From positions 1 to 35,857 of the forward strand of contig CBFHLF010000001.1 in NCBI GenBank assembly GCA_965656555.1: DNA of 35,857 nt. Direction: 5' to 3'. The DNA is from an uncultured Acidiluteibacter sp. GTDB lineage: Bacteria; Bacteroidota; Bacteroidia; Flavobacteriales_E; Vicingaceae. This document shows positions 9,701 to 17,129 of the stretch, piece by piece (positions within the stretch are counted from its first letter, which is position 1; every line of letters begins with the position of its first letter). The notes under the pieces are model-generated. The model saw only the letters and a program-made list of their open reading frames with translations. It did no database searches and was not told the DNA's origin. The position numbers were made by a program, and so were the translations under genes.

Positions 9701-11044
9701 TTTAAAGATGCTTTTCACAATTACACTTCTGTAGGCAAATTTGATGTCACGTTAATTGTTGGAACCAACGCAGGTTGCAAGGATACTATCACAAAAACAG
9801 AGTACATTCAAACAAATGGACCTGAAGCTTCTATTATTTTCTATCCTGACTCGATTTGTATCAATGAAACCATTACCTATGAAATGGTTAATCCATCAGG
9901 AGTAGACAGCTTTATTTGGGATTTTGGAGATGGGGAGTCAGCAGTAACAAATCCTGCAACCCATCGATATGTCGATAAAGCCGGTCCTACCTACCCCACA
10001 CTAATTCTTTCTGATAGCACAGGAGAATGTACTATTGGAATTAAAGATACAGTGTACATAAAAGAAATGATTGCACTGATTGGTGTTACCGATACAATTG
10101 GTTGTGAGCCTTTTATTGTCGACTTTACAGATAATTCATTAAATACATCCAGCTCTTTTTGGAAATTGTATGATGGCAATACCAGCACCCAAAGTAAATT
10201 TACGCGAACATTCTCTGCAGGCTCCTATCCTATCCAACTAATTACTGAAGGACTTGGGTGTTTTGATACCACAGCAATTAATCTAAAAGTTTTCCCAAAA
10301 CCTCGTATACAAATTGCGCCAGACACGGCTATCTGTGAGGGAGATAGTATTCAGTTATTTGGAAGCGGAGCTCCTAACTATACTTGGCAGCCAAGCGATG
10401 GTTTGTCCAACCCATTAATCCCAAATCCTCTCGCATCACCATTTAAATCCACCAATTATAAGCTTACCGTTAAGGACTCGAATGAATGCGCAACAACAGA
10501 CTCTTTGCTACTGACCGTTTATAATCGACCACTTATCACCTTAGAACCTGATAGCTTGATATATTTAGGTGAAAAAATAAACATCGTAAAAGAGAATAAC
10601 CAAGCGAATGTAATTTACAGTTGGACTCCACCTACAGGCCTAAGTTGTGATGATTGTTCTGACCCTATCGCTAAACCTTTAGTAAGCACTTGGTATTATC
10701 TAAAAACAACTGACCCTAAAGGTTGTTTTGAAATTACAGACTCCATTTTTATTGATGTATATGATGGATTCACCGCAGAATTACCCACCGCTTTCTCGCC
10801 AAACGGTGATGGGAACAACGACATTATCTTCGTAAAAGGTTGGGGAATCAAAGAATTGTTGGTCTATCAGATTTACAACCGATGGGGTGAATTAGTCTTT
10901 GAGTCCAATAACTTGGAAGTTGGTTGGGATGGCACGTACAAAGGTCAACCTCAAGCCATGGACACATACATTTATGTTATCAAGGCACTCGGGTACAATG
11001 ATCAAGTGATAGAAAAGAAAGGAAATATTACACTGTTACGCTAA
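6758..11044 (+). CDS. Large PKD-repeat surface protein with gliding-motility-associated (T9SS type B) C-terminal domain
   Basis: GTG start and signal peptide; roughly a dozen WxFGD/NG PKD motifs; C-terminal LPTAFSPNGDGNND...IYNRWGELVF...WDGTYKG...GNITLLR. Confidence 0.93.
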   Translation: MTRFTLFISTILLNLVSYGQLVADFSANKTTGCDVLGGVTFTDLSTGNPTSWSWNFGNGNTSILQNPTANFSSPGNYTVTLTVRSGNNTNTITKSAYIKVFRNPVSNLSATPTSGCTPLNVSFTDNSTPGDGIINQWLWDFNDGSPASNQQNPTHTYLTVGQYDVSLKVTDNNGCSNTKLENNLVTPNPKPRALISVTSQRSGCTAPLTVNFISNSVGQNLSYLWNFGDGNSSTQANPTHTYTSLGVYDVSLSVIDQAGCSDSTKRFGYVTIRPVTADFEFLQDSICKGETLEVNNKSVNGSTFQWTFGDGRTSNSSSPSIVFNNAGTYQVKLIASRNGVCADEITKTFYVDSVKAKLNIQPLFVCEDSTIVTFTNQSFNSDSSHYILGGKSYFNINPVSFYGEDGTFEDTLIAVSKLGCIDTVVRNDRSVSITRLDIFSKDFGGCIPHTTRLNSKVESSSPIINYFWEFGRNGSLGTSTDRDSVSYTLNTDTIFKVIATVIDSNGCEAKDSLLIGAGTPPRFTFQQLSDTVCANDTLQAVIKFDLPRMIVLDVIDSIRGDSVEFFYAQDTLNVYGFADTGLTYIKIKNDYNGCKRDTVIEVHVNGPIIYRIKDSINCTNKSQHFFSTNAKDFNRFEWDFGDGSPIVTNDLTPSHTYQNDSSYLVTLTVYNDSTGCDYVLKYITVVDQKSPSIIGGPQIMCIPFDYNLKASLPADTEDFYWLVDGDTIRTDSLVGKMDSAKTLNIEIMAVNQYGCIYNPSISLTGYELKPIILADTSRFCDPSEVVFTSGTNAVVAIDSSFWNFGNGDISDSLFSDTSYYNVEGYYDVTLRQIDINGCSNTTIAKDFIRFFRNIPRFSSRNRTACVGDLVTFTNNSIGDSLTFFWDFGNGQTSTALDTSIRYNAPGSYDVSLKSYNPIGCEEEYVLTNYINVEASPVADFTSDTAVSSCYPLPVNFTNTSSLLNTITFNRWDFGDNTPISQFKDAFHNYTSVGKFDVTLIVGTNAGCKDTITKTEYIQTNGPEASIIFYPDSICINETITYEMVNPSGVDSFIWDFGDGESAVTNPATHRYVDKAGPTYPTLILSDSTGECTIGIKDTVYIKEMIALIGVTDTIGCEPFIVDFTDNSLNTSSSFWKLYDGNTSTQSKFTRTFSAGSYPIQLITEGLGCFDTTAINLKVFPKPRIQIAPDTAICEGDSIQLFGSGAPNYTWQPSDGLSNPLIPNPLASPFKSTNYKLTVKDSNECATTDSLLLTVYNRPLITLEPDSLIYLGEKINIVKENNQANVIYSWTPPTGLSCDDCSDPIAKPLVSTWYYLKTTDPKGCFEITDSIFIDVYDGFTAELPTAFSPNGDGNNDIIFVKGWGIKELLVYQIYNRWGELVFESNNLEVGWDGTYKGQPQAMDTYIYVIKALGYNDQVIEKKGNITLLR
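10871..11044 (+). repeat. Direct repeat copy 1 (174 bp; last 57 codons plus stop of the PKD gene)
   Basis: Aligns without gaps to 12942-13115 with 12 mismatches by manual count (~93%). Confidence 0.97.
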
Positions 11045-11070
11045 CACAAGGCTTTATTTGCTTTTTGAGG

Positions 11071-12834
11071 CTAATCTTTAAGTAGTATCTTAATATTCTT
11101 TGAGTTACCTGAATAGTACTGAACATGAAGAATATAAATCCCTTTCGTAAAACTACTTAAATCAATAGTCAAGGTAGAATTTTGGATCTCGCCATCTGCT
11201 AATAAAATAACCTTCCCGAATTGATCGAATAATTTAATTTGTTTTAAATTAAATGCATTTTTAATGTGTACAATACCACTAGTAGGATTTGGATAAATAA
11301 TAGATTCACTTTTATTGAGTAAGTTGGTTTCAGCACTAGACAAAGTTCCGCAAGATTGGGAAAATAAATTATTATTTGAATAATTTAAATATGCTGGTAT
11401 AACATTACTTGATGGTAAATTAGGTGTACCTATACCACCCCATTGAGCTGAATTATTGATAAACGTAGGCTGTTGATTATAAATCAAACTTTTTAAGGGC
11501 AAAATAGAAGTGCCAGATGGTTTTAAATTGCCTTTATCTGAATTCCCATAAAGAAAGTGGCCTCCACCTTGAATGGTATAATTTACTAAACTATACGGAA
11601 AGCGATTATTGGTTATTTCATTACCAATGATATTTTGATTTGGAGAGTTTGAAGCACTAAAAAAGATACCAAACAGAGATGCTCTATTTCTAAAGAAAGT
11701 ATTAAACGGACCATTCGGGCCATGTGAATTGTCGATAACTATGTTTTGTCCTTGATTATGTTCAAACAAGTTTAAGTAAGGGTAATTACCATGCAACACC
11801 ATGTCTCCTGCTGAATTACTAGGGGTAGATGTCCAAAATGGATTAAAAGAATAGTTGTAAGCAAAAACGTTTGCATTTGCTCCTGCTTGAAGAATCATAG
11901 CATGCCTTAAGTATTGGAATACATTATTTTGCACTAAACATTCATTTGATGTGAATTGGATCATAACCCCATATGCCCTGCCATTTGGGCCATAATCAAA
12001 TGCATGATGAAAGTAGCTATCCGTTATACTGATATTAGAACTTTTTGTAAGGTTTATATGTGAGAATGTGCAATTTTCAGACTCCACATTTTTTACCCAA
12101 GAGTTAACTGAAAATTCAAATTTAATATTACTTGTTTGTAGAGGCGCCGTATTATCTATTCGTTCAATTTTGATACATTCAATCCCCACTTGTTGAATTG
12201 GTGTAAACTTCTGAATATATGGTAGTTCATTCATCAAATAAGTCATACGTATTGGTGAGTTTGTGATAACTTGATTACCAACAACTTGCTTAATTTGAAG
12301 TAACTGTCCTACCGAATTCAGCGCCCAGTTAGATGTTACAAGTGCACTGTCATTTTTTAATAACTGCACCCAGTCTCCCTTTTTAAATAATAAACCATTA
12401 CTAACATTAATAGTCGTATCATTTTTTAAAACTGATTGATTAATAGATGAAGTAATAGATGTAGATTTACCTTTTACTAAGATCGCATCTCCATTGCCTC
12501 CTAAATTATGCTTAAAAATAGTCTTTGAAGGACCTTGACCTCTCAGTATTACATTACTTGGTAGCAAAATTGGCCTCGTAAACAAAAATTGACCTTGACT
12601 AAACTCTAGAATTGCCCCATTTCCTATCATAAGAGACAGTACATGATTAATAATTGAATCATTGGAAGTTATGCCGTCGCCAACTGCCCCTATACTTTGC
12701 ATATTAATTATAGGGTAATTTGAAGGATAATTACTACCTGCGCTCGACCAGTCAGTTAATCTAGTTGAAGGAATAGTTTGCGTGTAAATACTATTAACTA
12801 TAAAAATAGTAAGCGTAAAAAAGAATACTTTCAT
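11071..12834 (-). CDS. T9SS-secreted (type A CTD) right-handed beta-helix protein of the pectate lyase/GH28-like superfamily
   Basis: Signal peptide; DWSSAG, GAVGDGITSND and LPSNVILRGQG (Pectate_lyase_3-like N-terminus); Asn-rich beta-helix; tail IYPNPTSGIVHI...DLSSFTKGIYIL. Confidence 0.88.
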   Translation of the reverse strand: MKVFFFTLTIFIVNSIYTQTIPSTRLTDWSSAGSNYPSNYPIINMQSIGAVGDGITSNDSIINHVLSLMIGNGAILEFSQGQFLFTRPILLPSNVILRGQGPSKTIFKHNLGGNGDAILVKGKSTSITSSINQSVLKNDTTINVSNGLLFKKGDWVQLLKNDSALVTSNWALNSVGQLLQIKQVVGNQVITNSPIRMTYLMNELPYIQKFTPIQQVGIECIKIERIDNTAPLQTSNIKFEFSVNSWVKNVESENCTFSHINLTKSSNISITDSYFHHAFDYGPNGRAYGVMIQFTSNECLVQNNVFQYLRHAMILQAGANANVFAYNYSFNPFWTSTPSNSAGDMVLHGNYPYLNLFEHNQGQNIVIDNSHGPNGPFNTFFRNRASLFGIFFSASNSPNQNIIGNEITNNRFPYSLVNYTIQGGGHFLYGNSDKGNLKPSGTSILPLKSLIYNQQPTFINNSAQWGGIGTPNLPSSNVIPAYLNYSNNNLFSQSCGTLSSAETNLLNKSESIIYPNPTSGIVHIKNAFNLKQIKLFDQFGKVILLADGEIQNSTLTIDLSSFTKGIYILHVQYYSGNSKNIKILLKD

Positions 12835-12860
12835 TAAGATCGGGTAGGTTTAATGTTAAA

Positions 12861-12868
12861 CAAATATA
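12861..12868 (-). promoter_or_regulatory. -7 element (TATATTTG) for the beta-helix gene, located inside the repeat-flanked segment
   Basis: TAnnTTTG on the minus strand, 27 nt upstream of the ATG at 12834. Confidence 0.6.
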
Positions 12869-12941
12869 AAATCAAATAACTGATATTTTTACAAAAGTTA
12901 TTTTTAATAAATATATCCATGTTAATCACTTCAAAAACTAA

Positions 12942-13115
12942 ATTTACAACCGATGGGGTGAATTAGTCTTTGAGTCCAATAACTTGGAAGCCTGTTGGGA
13001 TGGCACGTACAAAGGGCAACCTCAAGCCATGGACACTTACATTTATGTTATCAAGGCACTCGGGTACAATGATCAAGTGATAGAAAAGAAAGGAAATATC
13101 ACATTACTTAGATAA
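12942..13115 (+). repeat. Direct repeat copy 2: orphan 3' fragment of the PKD/T9SS-B gene
   Basis: Encodes IYNRWGELVFESNNLEACWDGTYKGQPQAMDTYIYVIKALGYNDQVIEKKGNITLLR*; an in-frame TAA lies immediately upstream (12939-12941), so the full fragment has no start codon. Confidence 0.95.
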
Positions 13116-13189
13116 ATCACTTTATCCTTTTTCCTAAACGGTGTGAGTAAAATTCACGGTATACATTCGTTGTCCTAATCAACTATTCG

Positions 13190-13197
13190 TAATTTTG
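13190..13197 (+). promoter_or_regulatory. -7 element (TAATTTTG)
   Basis: TAnnTTTG ending 6 nt before the ATG at 13203, implying a leaderless or near-leaderless mRNA or a later true start. Confidence 0.45.
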
Positions 13198-13202
13198 ATT
13201 TT

Positions 13203-13784
13203 ATGTTTGTTTTAGATACCAACGACGAAGTACCGAAGCCTTTTCAAGCAGATTTAACTGGAGCACCGATGACCAATTGTGCATTATGCAATGGCGAATT
13301 TGAAGAGTTTACGGACTACCTGATTGAAAAATCGTTTAAACGTGTAAACCGATCAATGGTGCATACCGTATTTGAATACGCCATTTGTTTTGAATGCCTT
13401 CCGGTAATGCAAGGTAGAATGAGCAAATCCTCTCAAGAAAAAATCACGGAATATTTTCAATCGAGAGTGAATCTAGAAAATAGATTTTCTGATCAATTTG
13501 AAAAAAATCAAATGGATGCATCAAAGTGGATCAATCACTGCGTGGTTACCACTGAATCAATTGAAGAACAAGAAGAATATCAAATTTACGGACAATTTAA
13601 AGGCAATCGAATGGTTTTTGGAGCCTTTCCTTATGCCATTAGTGGAAAAGTACTAGACGAAATGATTGGGCTGCTTTCAGCCAAATCACTTGATGAAATG
13701 AATGGTTTCAAAGATCAAATTATTAGCCCCGACCCTACTTTAAAGGAACTATTTCCTACAAACAGGCCGCCAATTTTAATATAA
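13203..13784 (+). CDS. Hypothetical protein with a CxxC...CxxC putative Zn site
   Basis: CALC...YAICFEC; 193-aa ORF 3 nt upstream of yciH. Confidence 0.75.
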   Translation: MFVLDTNDEVPKPFQADLTGAPMTNCALCNGEFEEFTDYLIEKSFKRVNRSMVHTVFEYAICFECLPVMQGRMSKSSQEKITEYFQSRVNLENRFSDQFEKNQMDASKWINHCVVTTESIEEQEEYQIYGQFKGNRMVFGAFPYAISGKVLDEMIGLLSAKSLDEMNGFKDQIISPDPTLKELFPTNRPPILI

Positions 13785-13787
13785 GAT

Positions 13788-14126
13788 ATGGGAAAGAAGC
13801 AAAAGAAAAATGTGGTGTACAGCACCAATCCAAATTTCGATTACGACTTTGAGGAACAAGAAGAACTAGAAACACTTCCTCCACAGCAGCAAGACTTGAA
13901 AGTTACGCTAGATAAAAAGCAACGGGCAGGAAAAGCCGTTACTTTGGTATATAATTTTGTTGGTAGCAACGATGACCTTTCCGAATTAGGTAAACTGTTA
14001 AAATCAAAATGCGGTGTAGGTGGGTCCGTAAAAGACGGTGAAATATTGATTCAAGGCGACCATCGAGAAAAAGTGTTGAAACTGTTACACGACCAGAATT
14101 ATAAAGCGAAGCGTGTAGGCGGCTAG
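13788..14126 (+). CDS. yciH: Translation initiation factor SUI1/YciH
   Basis: [41 protein letters not shown]. Confidence 0.95.
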   Translation: MGKKQKKNVVYSTNPNFDYDFEEQEELETLPPQQQDLKVTLDKKQRAGKAVTLVYNFVGSNDDLSELGKLLKSKCGVGGSVKDGEILIQGDHREKVLKLLHDQNYKAKRVGG

Positions 14127-14359
14127 AGGTTATCTAAATAAGTATCTAAAGTGTATTTATTTTCAACCACTTCAATCCATTGAATTTGATTTAAACCCAT
14201 CACTTTATATACTTCTACATAGTACCCATCAAATGCAAATAAGTGGCAATTATGTCCTCCGTGAAAACGGGAAGCTATGAAATTACCGCGTAGCTTTAGC
14301 AATTGATATTTCTCGTTTAACGAGAGTTTTTTAAATATGGTAGATGCTATTTTCTCCAT
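14123..14359 (-). CDS. Small hypothetical protein
   Basis: 78-aa ORF filling the gap between plus-strand genes; pattern FxKLSxxEKYxLL...GxFIASR...[11 protein letters not shown] resembles small Bacteroidetes hypotheticals. Confidence 0.7.
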   Translation of the reverse strand: MEKIASTIFKKLSLNEKYQLLKLRGNFIASRFHGGHNCHLFAFDGYYVEVYKVMGLNQIQWIEVVENKYTLDTYLDNL

Positions 14360-14394
14360 TACTAAAATAACTACTGATCATTAAAAATTGTTTC

Positions 14395-15156
14395 ATGTCG
14401 TTACCCTTTTCTGAAATAAAGGAATTACTAGATCAAAAATACGAAGAGTTTAACCGCCCTAACTTTAATGATGATGATCCGGTAGGTATCCCCCATCAAT
14501 TTACCAAAAAAGAAGACATTGAGATTGCAGGCTTTTTAGCTGCTACCATTGCTTGGGGCCAGCGGAAAAGCATAATAAATAATGCTCAAAAAATTATTCA
14601 ACTGATGGATGCTGCTCCTTATGATTTCATTTTAAATCATACAAAAAATGACTTAGATCGTGCTGTTGGGTTTGTACACCGTACGTTTAACGCACAAGAC
14701 TTGGCGCAGTTTTTCCAATCATTACAGCATATTTACATCCATCATGGTGGATTAGAAGAAATGCTCTGCGCTACCTCAGATGTAGCTACCAACATATCTA
14801 ACTTTAAGCAGAAATTCTTCGAAAAAGCTGAAAGTCTTCGCACACTGAAACATGTTTCTGACCCCATGAAAGGATCTTCTGCCAAGCGAATTAACATGTA
14901 CCTTCGGTGGATGGTTAGAAACGACAAAAGAGGTGTAGACTTTGGAATCTGGAAAAAACTAGCTCCTGCTCACTTAATGTTACCTTTAGATGTTCACACT
15001 GGAAATGTGAGTAGGAAATTAGGTCTTCTTAAACGCAAACAAAACGACTGGAAAGCGGTAACTGAAATAAGCGACCAATTGAGATCATTTGATCCGAAAG
15101 ATCCGATAAAGTATGACTTTGCCTTGTTTGGCTTAGGTGCAATTGATCATTTTTAA
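14395..15156 (+). CDS. TIGR02757/DUF2400 family protein (HhH-GPD related)
   Basis: DDPVGIPH, EIAGFLAATIAWGQR, SSAKRINMYLRWMVR, PLDVHT, DPIKYDFALFGLG. Confidence 0.93.
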   Translation: MSLPFSEIKELLDQKYEEFNRPNFNDDDPVGIPHQFTKKEDIEIAGFLAATIAWGQRKSIINNAQKIIQLMDAAPYDFILNHTKNDLDRAVGFVHRTFNAQDLAQFFQSLQHIYIHHGGLEEMLCATSDVATNISNFKQKFFEKAESLRTLKHVSDPMKGSSAKRINMYLRWMVRNDKRGVDFGIWKKLAPAHLMLPLDVHTGNVSRKLGLLKRKQNDWKAVTEISDQLRSFDPKDPIKYDFALFGLGAIDHF

Positions 15157-15159
15157 ACC

Positions 15160-16122
15160 ATGAGCACTACCTTATTATCATCTCCACTTCAAGGTTTTAC
15201 CGACTTTAGATTTCGTAATGCTTTTCATAAGTACTTTGGCGGAATCGACACCTTTTATTCACCTTACATTCGATTAAATGGTAAGCTATCCATAAAGCCC
15301 AACTATGAAAAGGATATTCTCCAAAAGAATAACGATACTCTTAGCGTGATTCCTCAGATAATGACAAACGATGCCGAGGAGTTCCTTTTTGTAGCCAAAT
15401 ATGTGCAACAACTGGGCTATAAAGAGTTAAACTGGAATTTGGGTTGTCCCTACCCGATGGTAGTCAATAGGTGCATGGGCTCAGGACTTATAAATGATCC
15501 CAAACGAATTGATGAGATTTTACATCGCGTTCATCAAGAGAGTGATATTGTCGTTTCCATGAAAATGAGAATGGGGTACCACCATAATGAAGAGATTTTG
15601 GATGTTTTTCCAATTTTAGAAAAATATCCATTAAAAAATATAGCCATTCATGCTAGAATTGGTGCACAACTTTACAATGGCGGCGTCGATCTAGATGGTT
15701 TTCAACGTTGCTTGGAAGCTTGTCCGCATAAGTTGTATTACAATGGTGACATTACTTCAGTAAAAGCTTTTAGAGAACTTAAAGAACGCTTCCCTTCTAT
15801 CGATCATTGGATGATTGGCCGCGGATTAATAAGTGATCCTTTTTTGCCGCAAATGATTAAGCAAAACGCAACTGCTTATCCTGTAAATCGGATAGCAGTT
15901 TTTAGCAAATTTCACGATACCTTATTTTCTGAATTTGAATCTTCGCTCACAGGAGACAAGCACATTATTTTGAAAATGTTGCACTACTGGGAGTATTTTG
16001 CAACCGCTTTTTCTTCACCTAAAAAGATCGTAAAGAAAATAAAGAAAGCGAAAACCATTCAGGTCTATGATGATGCGGTACGAGACATTCTTTTGAACGA
16101 AAACTCCCACAACAGTTATTAA
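15160..16122 (+). CDS. tRNA-dihydrouridine synthase family protein
   Basis: SPLQGFTD, NWNLGCPYPMV...GSGL, KMRMG, IHARIG, NGDI, MIGRG. Confidence 0.95.
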   Translation: MSTTLLSSPLQGFTDFRFRNAFHKYFGGIDTFYSPYIRLNGKLSIKPNYEKDILQKNNDTLSVIPQIMTNDAEEFLFVAKYVQQLGYKELNWNLGCPYPMVVNRCMGSGLINDPKRIDEILHRVHQESDIVVSMKMRMGYHHNEEILDVFPILEKYPLKNIAIHARIGAQLYNGGVDLDGFQRCLEACPHKLYYNGDITSVKAFRELKERFPSIDHWMIGRGLISDPFLPQMIKQNATAYPVNRIAVFSKFHDTLFSEFESSLTGDKHIILKMLHYWEYFATAFSSPKKIVKKIKKAKTIQVYDDAVRDILLNENSHNSY

Positions 16123-16123
16123 A

Positions 16124-16513
16124 ATGAATCAATTTATTAGTCAAATAAGCTTAATTGTAGCAGATTATGATGAGGCATTAGCATTCTATACCGAAAAGCT
16201 TGGATTTATTCTCGTTGAAGACACCGTTCGATCGGCAGAAAAACGCTGGGTAAGAATTAAACCTCAAGGGGTGGGCGACGTGACTTTGTTACTTGCCAAA
16301 GCAAAAACGGATGAACAACGAAGTCATATTGGAAACCAAACAGGACATCGTGTTTTTCTATTCTTAAATACGGATGATATTGAAGGAGATTACAAACGTT
16401 TAAAGTCTCATGGTGTGACCGTTAAACGCCCACCAACAACAGCAGACTTTGGGAAAGCCATGGTATTTGAGGACCTTTACGGAAATTTATGGGATGTCAT
16501 TGAACCTCACTAA
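16124..16513 (+). CDS. VOC/glyoxalase family protein
   Basis: VADYDEALAFYTEKLGF, GNQTGHRVFLFL, FEDLYGNLWD. Confidence 0.93.
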   Translation: MNQFISQISLIVADYDEALAFYTEKLGFILVEDTVRSAEKRWVRIKPQGVGDVTLLLAKAKTDEQRSHIGNQTGHRVFLFLNTDDIEGDYKRLKSHGVTVKRPPTTADFGKAMVFEDLYGNLWDVIEPH

Positions 16514-16977
16514 TCAATCAATGGCAATACGGTTGAGCGTTTTATTTCGTTGAGCACAAAGGTGCTTTTAATCTGAGCTACATTAGGCAATGCGGCTAAC
16601 TTTCCTGATGAAAAATGGTGATAGGCATCCAGATCTTTTACGGCTACTTTAAGCAAAAAATCGTTCACACCACCCATTAAGTAGCACTCCATCACTTCAG
16701 GAATTTTAAGAACAGCATCACTAAAAGCGTGTATTTCCTCTAATTTTTGACCATCTAATGATACCGAGCAAAAAACAATCATGGCATTGCTAATCAATTG
16801 GCGATTAACTATTGCGACATACTTTTCAATGATCCCTTCTTTCTCATACCGCTTTATACGTTCATAAATGGGTGTTTTAGTCATACTCAACTGCTCAGAA
16901 AGCGCTTTTATATTTACTTTCGAATCCAGTTGGAGCAACTCTAATAGCTTGCGGTCAGTAGTATCTAATCGAATCAT
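16510..16977 (-). CDS. Lrp/AsnC family transcriptional regulator
   Basis: LDTTDRKLLELLQ N-terminal HTH, ERIKRYEKEGII, C-terminal VMECYLMGGVNDFLLKV; divergent from the methionine gamma-lyase gene. Confidence 0.95.
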   Translation of the reverse strand: MIRLDTTDRKLLELLQLDSKVNIKALSEQLSMTKTPIYERIKRYEKEGIIEKYVAIVNRQLISNAMIVFCSVSLDGQKLEEIHAFSDAVLKIPEVMECYLMGGVNDFLLKVAVKDLDAYHHFSSGKLAALPNVAQIKSTFVLNEIKRSTVLPLID

Positions 16978-16997
16978 GGGAAAATTTCCTTTTGACG

Positions 16998-17108
16998 CAA
17001 AAATACAGCAATAAATTAGATTTTATTACTAAAAATGTGACTGAAATAAGGAATATTTACTTCATTATGTTGTTTTGAAACTATTCTTTCCGCAATTCCA
17101 TAATTTTG
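16998..17108. promoter_or_regulatory. Divergent promoter region for lrp and the lyase
   Basis: TATTTTTG on minus (16998-17005) and TAATTTTG on plus (17101-17108); AT-rich spacer is a plausible Lrp binding region (inference). Confidence 0.6.
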
Positions 17109-17129
17109 CAGTAAACAGAATAGATTATT

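Noticed and set aside
10871-13115. Interpretation as an IS, prophage, integron cassette, CRISPR array or DGR template/variable repeat pair
   Set aside because: No transposase, integrase or reverse transcriptase in the window; only two copies; mismatches are not adenine-specific as DGR mutagenesis would require
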